Positions 57,751 to 64,000 of a stretch of 64,000 bases of DNA are shown piece by piece. The number at the start of each line of letters is the position of its first letter. Position 1 is the first letter of the stretch. This DNA comes from a virus: UHGV virus genome UHGV-0054069; one strand, given 5' to 3'. The position numbers and the translations under genes were made by a program. Under the pieces are notes generated by a model. That model was not told the origin of the DNA and did no database searches. It worked only from the letters and a program-made list of their open reading frames with translations.

Positions 57751-58488
57751 ATGAAGAGTATTATTGCATTCACTGGTAAGGCACGTTCTGGTAAAGACAC
57801 TTCCTGCACCATCGTTAAGAACCACTTGATTGAAGAAGGCTACGCTGTTAAAGTCTTTGCGTTCGCAGATAATCTTAAAGCAACTGCTGGAGATATCTTT
57901 GACTTAGATTGGCAAGACTTGTATGGTGACACCAAAGAGAAACCTCAGAAATTTGACTTAACTTTCTCAAATGTGCATAGTAACGTTAAATATTCTTTCT
58001 TCAGACACTTGAAAGATAAAGGTATACATAATGATGAGAAACTTTGTGGTGAAATCACAGACAGACTTATCAAAGAACTGAAGAAGGTTGCTAAACCGAC
58101 TCTCTTAACAAGGATGGGTTTCAGGAATGAATACATCTTCTCTTCACGACAAATCCAACAAGTTTGGGGTAGTGAGGTTATTCGTAAAATCCTTGGGGAG
58201 CGTTTCTGGATTATTGACCTTGCAGAAAGAATGGAAAAGTTTTATGGTGAAATAGAAAGAAAAGGCCACATTCCAGTAATCCTAATTTGTGATTTGAGGT
58301 TTGATATTGAAGCGGAATTTCTCAAGAGCTATAATAGTCAAATCATCGAAGTGACCAGAAATGGTATTGAGCAGGTTGCTTCACATCATTCTGAAAAAGG
58401 TATCTCTCCACGATTCGAAAGAGATTTTATTCAGAATAACGGAACAATAGATGAGCTTGCAGATAAATTGAAAGTCATCATAAAATAG
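57751..58488 (+). CDS. deoxynucleoside monophosphate kinase
   Basis: start at MKSIIAF; P-loop FTGKARSGKDT, N-terminus matches T4 gp1-type dNMP kinase. Confidence 0.7.
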   Translation: MKSIIAFTGKARSGKDTSCTIVKNHLIEEGYAVKVFAFADNLKATAGDIFDLDWQDLYGDTKEKPQKFDLTFSNVHSNVKYSFFRHLKDKGIHNDEKLCGEITDRLIKELKKVAKPTLLTRMGFRNEYIFSSRQIQQVWGSEVIRKILGERFWIIDLAERMEKFYGEIERKGHIPVILICDLRFDIEAEFLKSYNSQIIEVTRNGIEQVASHHSEKGISPRFERDFIQNNGTIDELADKLKVIIK

Positions 58489-58495
58489 AGAGATA

Positions 58496-58693
58496 TTGAA
58501 GATGAGAGATAATAACTTGAAAGTTGTTGACCACCGTAGTGTAGCACTCTCATCTCTTTCTAAAGAAGTAATGATGGAGCGACTTGAAAGGGTCGCTTCT
58601 CGTCGGAAAGAGATTGCAGAAGAGATTCATGAATTAGATAAGATTGAAAACGGTCTTAAAGAAGAATTGCGTCGTAGAGGTGTCAATGGCTAA
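58496..58693 (+). CDS. hypothetical small protein
   Basis: ORF. Confidence 0.4.
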   Translation: MKMRDNNLKVVDHRSVALSSLSKEVMMERLERVASRRKEIAEEIHELDKIENGLKEELRRRGVNG

Positions 58694-60674
58694 ACCAAGA
58701 AAATTAAAAGAAGCTGGTCAGTTTGTAGGTCACTGTGCTTGTCCAAAATGTGGTTCTTCAGATGCAGGTTCGATTTATCATCATGACGATGATTCATATT
58801 CAATGACTTGCTTTAGTTGTGGCAAGGGATTTCCAGAGTGGGATTTTGATAAAGGTCAAATTGTGAGCACTATGTCTACAGGTTCTGATAGTAAAAATCG
58901 TAAGTTTCGTGGTATGGATTTAGATGATGTTAAAGAAAACCTCGAAGCAATGGATTTAAAAGACAGGAAGATTCCTGCAAAGGTTTTAGAACGTCTTGGT
59001 ATTAAAGTTGACGTAGATGAGAATGGAGATATTGACGCTCATTTCTATCCAACTTATAAGAAAGATGAAGATGGGAAATTGAAGCATGTTGGTTATCGAG
59101 TTCGTCACAAATACCCTGATGACCACCCCAAAGAACAGCTTCGTGGTAAGTTAAAAGACTTCTCAGGTGGTGTAGGTGATATTAAAGGTGAACTGGCGAT
59201 GTTCGGTTCATGGATTGCACCTGAAGGTGGTAATCGCTTATTCATCTGGGAAGGTGAGATGGAATGTGCTACAGCAGTCTATATGACTTCTTTGGCAATT
59301 AAGGATAAGTCACGTAGAAAGAACTACTGTCACGTATCTGTCCCATCTGGTGCAAACGTTAAGTCTATCAAGGAGAACTATCAGTACATCACATCCTTTG
59401 ATGAGATTTACCTTTGCTTCGACAACGATGAAGCAGGTGCCAAGGTAACTAAGGAAGCTGCTGGTATCCTTCCTATTGAAAAGGTTCGACTGTTCCAGTA
59501 CCCTGAAGGTGTCAAAGACCTTAGCGAGTGGTGGACTAAATTCTTTAAAGACAAAGATACAGTCTTAGAAGGGTTTAAGCAGAGAATCTATAATGCACCT
59601 CGTTACTGCCCTGCTGGTATTAAGAACTTTGCAGACGGTTTCGAAGCAATGAAGAATCGTGGTCAGATTCCTTTGATTCCTTTTCCAGAATCTTTCGGGG
59701 ATTTGAACAAGTTAACTTATGGTGGTTATGGGTTAGGCGAAATCACTACACTGGCTGCACCGTCATCTGTTGGTAAATCTGCCTATACTCGTGAAATGAT
59801 TTATACAGCATGGAAAGATACTGAGTACAACATTGGTGTAATTCCAGTGGAGGACACTTATGAAGAACTTATGGAGATGCTCTGTGCAATCCACCTTAGT
59901 AAGCAGATTTCAGAGATTCCTTACGATGAACGTAATTGGGATGAATTGAAGGTAGCACACGCAGAACTGTCTAAAGGTCGCCGTATCCACATCGTAGACC
60001 ACCAAGGGGCAATTGACCAAGATAACCTGCTGGAGTTTGTTGACTACCTTGTTAACAGTTTAGACTGTAAGATTATTATTCTTGACCCTATTACGTTGGC
60101 TCTGTCACGTTCTGATACGGATGAAGAGGAAGTATTGTCTGAACTATTGCGTCGTTGCAAACGCTACCAGTATGCACAGGTAAACGTCTGTCACGTTCGT
60201 AAAAGTGCAGGTGGTCAGAAGGCTAACTCTGAAGGTGGTGATATCTCCGAAGAGGATATCAAAGGTTCTGGTGCATACTTCCAGATTTCCATGAACAATA
60301 TTTTGTTAATGCGTAACAAGGTTGACCCAGACCCTGTTAAGAAAAACTTAACAAAAATCAAGTTAACTAAATGTCGTCGTCATGGTAAATCCACTGGTAT
60401 TGCTGGTCACACTTGGTATAACCCAGAGACAGGCCGTCTTATCAAGGCTGCTGGTTGTGGTGTTGATATTGATGGTGCAGCAGAGAATATCCGTCAGCAG
60501 TTTGGTATTGGTAATGCCGAAGACCATTATGATGACACTATGCCACACTATGAAGATGAAGTATTTGACCGTGACACTGGAGAGTTGTATACTCAAGAAC
60601 AACGTCAGAGTTCTACAATCCCTCCTGTAATCAATGAGGATGGTGATGATGACTGCCCGTTTGAAACTGACTGA
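58686..60674 (+). CDS. primase-helicase (T7 gp4-like)
   Basis: N-terminal Zn ribbon CPKCG..CFSCG, TOPRIM-like middle, Walker A AAPSSVGKS. Confidence 0.8.
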   Translation: MAKPRKLKEAGQFVGHCACPKCGSSDAGSIYHHDDDSYSMTCFSCGKGFPEWDFDKGQIVSTMSTGSDSKNRKFRGMDLDDVKENLEAMDLKDRKIPAKVLERLGIKVDVDENGDIDAHFYPTYKKDEDGKLKHVGYRVRHKYPDDHPKEQLRGKLKDFSGGVGDIKGELAMFGSWIAPEGGNRLFIWEGEMECATAVYMTSLAIKDKSRRKNYCHVSVPSGANVKSIKENYQYITSFDEIYLCFDNDEAGAKVTKEAAGILPIEKVRLFQYPEGVKDLSEWWTKFFKDKDTVLEGFKQRIYNAPRYCPAGIKNFADGFEAMKNRGQIPLIPFPESFGDLNKLTYGGYGLGEITTLAAPSSVGKSAYTREMIYTAWKDTEYNIGVIPVEDTYEELMEMLCAIHLSKQISEIPYDERNWDELKVAHAELSKGRRIHIVDHQGAIDQDNLLEFVDYLVNSLDCKIIILDPITLALSRSDTDEEEVLSELLRRCKRYQYAQVNVCHVRKSAGGQKANSEGGDISEEDIKGSGAYFQISMNNILLMRNKVDPDPVKKNLTKIKLTKCRRHGKSTGIAGHTWYNPETGRLIKAAGCGVDIDGAAENIRQQFGIGNAEDHYDDTMPHYEDEVFDRDTGELYTQEQRQSSTIPPVINEDGDDDCPFETD

Positions 60675-60927
60675 TAGTTATATTAAGGAGGGCTTCACGC
60701 CCTTCTATTCAGAGAGTAGTACTAAACATTTTGCAAAAGAATGCTTGACGAAGATTGAAGATTTCGCTAAAGTACTAATCAACAAGGGGCATGATGTTAA
60801 TTTTGAGCATCAAAGCCGTAAAGATAAAGATTTGTTTGCACTGTCAATTGACCATGCCGATACAATTTATCTTTTCACCTTGACTTTAAAAACATTTGAA
60901 TATGAAATATATCGGAGCACAAAATGA
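60634..60927 (+). CDS. hypothetical protein
   Basis: ORF; start uncertain. Confidence 0.35.
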   Translation: MRMVMMTARLKLTDSYIKEGFTPFYSESSTKHFAKECLTKIEDFAKVLINKGHDVNFEHQSRKDKDLFALSIDHADTIYLFTLTLKTFEYEIYRSTK

Positions 60928-61148
60928 AACACTCTAAAGCATTTGAAGCAGTATTTGGCGATTCCATGAAAGCAACTGCTGGTAAGTCTGCTGCACATTA
61001 CCAAATGAAGCGAGTTCGCAATGGTAAGACTGCTCGCAAAGCTGCTAAGAAAGCTGCTTAAAATGTTTGACAGGGGAGTATGAAGCATGTAATATTGTAC
61101 TCCCAATAAGATTTGAATTGATAGTTAATTTGAGAAAGAGGTATTAAA

Positions 61149-62003
61149 ATGTCTAAAGTTGTTAAAATGAAATCTCCGGTAGAAAAATACAACGGTAAAG
61201 AACTGGAAACTTATCGTTATCTGCTGAAAGATGTTTGGTTCTACTACCTAAATACTATTCCACGTCCTCAGAAGGGTAAGTCTGTAGACAAGCATTTCCC
61301 AGGCAAAGATTGCAACTACAGTGTTTCTATTCTTGCAAAAGACGGTAACAAACTCTTTAAAGAGTTCACCAAGTCTAAAAAGAATCCTGATGGTTGGGAT
61401 AAGGTCACTACAGAGACTGTTGATGCAGATGACTTTGAAGAGAAGTTTGGTTGTGAGCCTCCATTCGAAGCTGACACTTATTACATTCTGAAGGTTAGCC
61501 GTTCAGCAGCTTATAAAGATGGTGCTGTATGGTCAGCAAAACAGAGTTTCCCTGTAATGCTTGTTGAAGAACTGAATGGTAAACGTGTTGCGGTTAAGCA
61601 GCCTATGAAGAAAATTAAGGCAGCAAAATCTGACAAGCATGACGATGACAAGACCTACGATGTAGTTTGTCCAGATATTGCAGTTGGTAACGGTTCTTTT
61701 GGTAGTGTGATTCTTTCGACTCACTTCTACACCTTTGAAGGTAACGTTCTGACTAAGCCAATTCAGGAGCAGTTTATCATTGATACTCTGGTTCCATACA
61801 CTGGTGGTACTGGTGGTGCAACCGAGACTGAACTTGATGAAGACGAACTGGCACTGCTTGGTCTCGCAGGTGTTGAAGATAACGGTGAAATCTCTGAAGA
61901 AGATGCAAAAGATTCTGATGAAGATAAAGGTAGCGATGACGATGATGACGATGACCTGCCAACACCGGATGATGACGAAGACGACTTTGATACTGAAGAT
62001 TAA
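61149..62003 (+). CDS. single-stranded DNA-binding protein (T7 gp2.5-like candidate) with acidic C-terminal tail
   Basis: C-terminus DDDDDDDLPTPDDDEDDFDTED; position in replication module. Confidence 0.5.
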   Translation: MSKVVKMKSPVEKYNGKELETYRYLLKDVWFYYLNTIPRPQKGKSVDKHFPGKDCNYSVSILAKDGNKLFKEFTKSKKNPDGWDKVTTETVDADDFEEKFGCEPPFEADTYYILKVSRSAAYKDGAVWSAKQSFPVMLVEELNGKRVAVKQPMKKIKAAKSDKHDDDKTYDVVCPDIAVGNGSFGSVILSTHFYTFEGNVLTKPIQEQFIIDTLVPYTGGTGGATETELDEDELALLGLAGVEDNGEISEEDAKDSDEDKGSDDDDDDDLPTPDDDEDDFDTED

Positions 62004-62066
62004 TTATCAGTAGTTACTACAAAGCCCTGTACAGAACGTATGGGGCTTTTTCGTATGGAGGGTACA

Positions 62067-63107
62067 ATGAATCAATATACACTTACAAAGCTCCCAGAAA
62101 GCGTTACACACGTCTTTATTGACGCAGACAGCATTGCTTACAAGGGTGCTTGTGTAGTTGAAAAAGCAAAGTACAAGTATGTGAATAGACTTACCGCTGA
62201 AGAGTCTGATGACTTTGATAGTGCTAAGTTAGCTTCACAATGGTTAGCTGACCAGAGAGTTCTTACAGAGGAACTTGGACTTGACTTTGATGAAGATGAA
62301 TGGGAAAGACAGACTTGGAAGGAAGCCAAGAGCGAAAAAGAAGCTATTATGGCGACTCAGCAGGTTCTTCAAGAATGGCTTAAAGTTGTCGGTAAAGAGC
62401 GTCAATGGATGGGTTACCTGACTGAGAAGGGTGTTCACAAACACAAAGACATTAAAGGTCTTGAACATCAATATCAAGGTAACAGGAAAGATGCGGTGAC
62501 ACCTACGCACCTAGTTGCTTGTCGTGAGTATCTTCTGTCACGAACTGAGTTTAAGCTTCTCAAAGGTGGCTTTGAAGCTGACTCAATCGTTATTGCAAAA
62601 GCTGAAAAGATGGGTAAAAAAGCTGCTCTTATGAGTATTGATAAAGACCTTCGTCAAGCTGAAGGGACATATTGTATTGATATGACTTATGAGAAAGCAC
62701 CACTTATCTTTATTGCTGATAATAACGTTGGAGAGATTTGGGATTGCCCTATCAAATCCAAACCAAAAGCTAAGAAGACAGTCGGAGTAGGCTTCAAATT
62801 CCTCTGCTATCAAGCTGTAGCAGGTGATAATGCAGATAACTACTTTGGCCTTAAGGGTGCTGGTAAAGTTGCTGTAATGAACGCTCTGGAAGGTAAAACA
62901 ACCTACAGAGAATGTTTAGATGCTGTTTATGAGTTGTATGCAAAGAAAGACTCTTACACCTATGTGTCGTGGGACGGTCAAACAATTACCAGAACACCTT
63001 TAGAGTTAATGCACCAGCACTTCTGGATTGCATACCAAGAGCGAAATCCAAAGGATGATTTCACGTTTGAAAAATATGGATGGGAGCCTACTATGAATGA
63101 AGATTAA
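62067..63107 (+). CDS. 5'-3' exonuclease / flap endonuclease (T7 gp6-like)
   Basis: start at MNQYTLT (GGAGGG RBS); acidic clusters FIDADSIAYKGA, SIDKDLRQAEG, GDNADNYFGLKGAGKV. Confidence 0.65.
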   Translation: MNQYTLTKLPESVTHVFIDADSIAYKGACVVEKAKYKYVNRLTAEESDDFDSAKLASQWLADQRVLTEELGLDFDEDEWERQTWKEAKSEKEAIMATQQVLQEWLKVVGKERQWMGYLTEKGVHKHKDIKGLEHQYQGNRKDAVTPTHLVACREYLLSRTEFKLLKGGFEADSIVIAKAEKMGKKAALMSIDKDLRQAEGTYCIDMTYEKAPLIFIADNNVGEIWDCPIKSKPKAKKTVGVGFKFLCYQAVAGDNADNYFGLKGAGKVAVMNALEGKTTYRECLDAVYELYAKKDSYTYVSWDGQTITRTPLELMHQHFWIAYQERNPKDDFTFEKYGWEPTMNED

Positions 63108-63597
63108 AGGTTTCGGTAATTGCCCTGTTTATGGTCATTGGGTATCTTTATGCGGGGAAGTTGACCCAGCTAAACTGTTCGGGTTTGTCTACCTAGTCTA
63201 TTGTAAGAAAACTGGACAGTATTACATTGGTAAAAAGCAGTTCAATAGTATCACTAAGAAGAAGGTTGCTGGAAAGACCAGACGTAAGGTTGTCACCAAA
63301 GAGAGTGACTGGATGGTTTACCAGACTTCTTCTGAGTACATTAAGAAAGATATTGAAGCTTTTGGTATGAAAGAGTTTGACTTCTACATTGTGCAAACCT
63401 ATTATACACGAGGTGGGTTAGTCTATGGAGAAGCAAATCTCCAACATAAGTTCGATGTTATGACAAAAAGGATTGACTCGAAACTCAGACTCTTCTACAA
63501 TGCCAATATTGCAGCTATCAAGTTCCTTACAAAAGAAACTTATGAAGAAGCTGAGAAACGTATTAACAAAATCATGAAACTTAATGAGAGAGAATAA
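63097..63597 (+). CDS. GIY-YIG-like nuclease (candidate)
   Basis: FVYLVYCKKTGQYYIGKK followed by Arg/Glu-containing region. Confidence 0.4.
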   Translation: MKIKGFGNCPVYGHWVSLCGEVDPAKLFGFVYLVYCKKTGQYYIGKKQFNSITKKKVAGKTRRKVVTKESDWMVYQTSSEYIKKDIEAFGMKEFDFYIVQTYYTRGGLVYGEANLQHKFDVMTKRIDSKLRLFYNANIAAIKFLTKETYEEAEKRINKIMKLNERE

Positions 63598-63811
63598 GAT
63601 TATGTTTAACAAACTTAAGAATGACCACGTAGCTAAAATTGACAGCCATATTGCAGCACTGAAAGATGCAATCGTCAAAGCTAAAGCAGCTACGGAGTCC
63701 GAAATGGAGGCTCTTGAGTCCCAGATTCAGCAACTGATTAACAAACGTGTTGAACTGAAAGGCCGACTGGATTATATTGAGTCTCAGCAGAAACTATTTC
63801 AGGAGGTTTAA
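63584..63811 (+). CDS. hypothetical coiled-coil protein
   Basis: ORF. Confidence 0.45.
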   Translation: MRENKIMFNKLKNDHVAKIDSHIAALKDAIVKAKAATESEMEALESQIQQLINKRVELKGRLDYIESQQKLFQEV

Positions 63812-64000
63812 TGTTTAATTCCAGAGAATCCGTTTTAACTTGGAATCAGCGTTGTGGTAATACCCCGTTGACTCCTTATACACATGATTACTGGTCTTCA
63901 ATGCGTAGTCAAGCACTTTGCATGTTAGAAGAAGCCAAAGAGCTTTTGAAAGCGGTTGATGAAAAAGACCCTATTGAGGCTCTTGATGCTCAGGCAGATT
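63811..64000 (+). CDS. hypothetical protein, 5' partial (runs off window)
   Basis: AGGAGG RBS then ATG 63811; open to window end. Confidence 0.35.
   Translation, partial: MFNSRESVLTWNQRCGNTPLTPYTHDYWSSMRSQALCMLEEAKELLKAVDEKDPIEALDAQAD

Overview
This window reads as a contiguous ~64 kb stretch of an AT-rich virulent tailed-phage genome; no host genes, integrase or transposase were recognised. All calls are made by eye from the sequence and the ORF track, with no searches run, so coordinates of RNA genes and regulatory sites are approximate. Layout: (1) 1-5.6 kb, 13 small plus-strand early-type genes, each behind its own sigma70-like promoter and a near-identical leader CCTAAACTGGAGA..ATG; (2) 5.65-7.24 kb, ORF-free repeat/iteron-rich region between convergent terminators; (3) 7.2-15.1 kb, minus-strand block including a GH24 endolysin and an Ig-like repeat protein; (4) 15.9-17.3 kb, a vWA/MIDAS protein whose architecture resembles Ro60/TROVE; (5) 17.5-22.6 kb, a tRNA operon of about 27 tRNA genes interleaved with four paralogous stem-loop elements showing compensatory stem changes, conserved hairpins and small ORFs; (6) 22.8-46 kb, virion module (large terminase, portal, S49 prohead protease, capsid, tape measure, baseplate, two His-rich tail fibres); (7) 46.6-64 kb, nucleotide metabolism and replication (ThyA, DHFR, ATP-dependent ligase, family A DNA polymerase, dNMP kinase, T7 gp4-like primase-helicase, SSB-like protein, 5'-3' exonuclease). 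The most interesting candidate is the Ro60-like protein sitting directly upstream of tRNA-sized structured RNAs, one of which carries a tRNA T-arm mimic; this is a hypothesis, not a demonstrated system.
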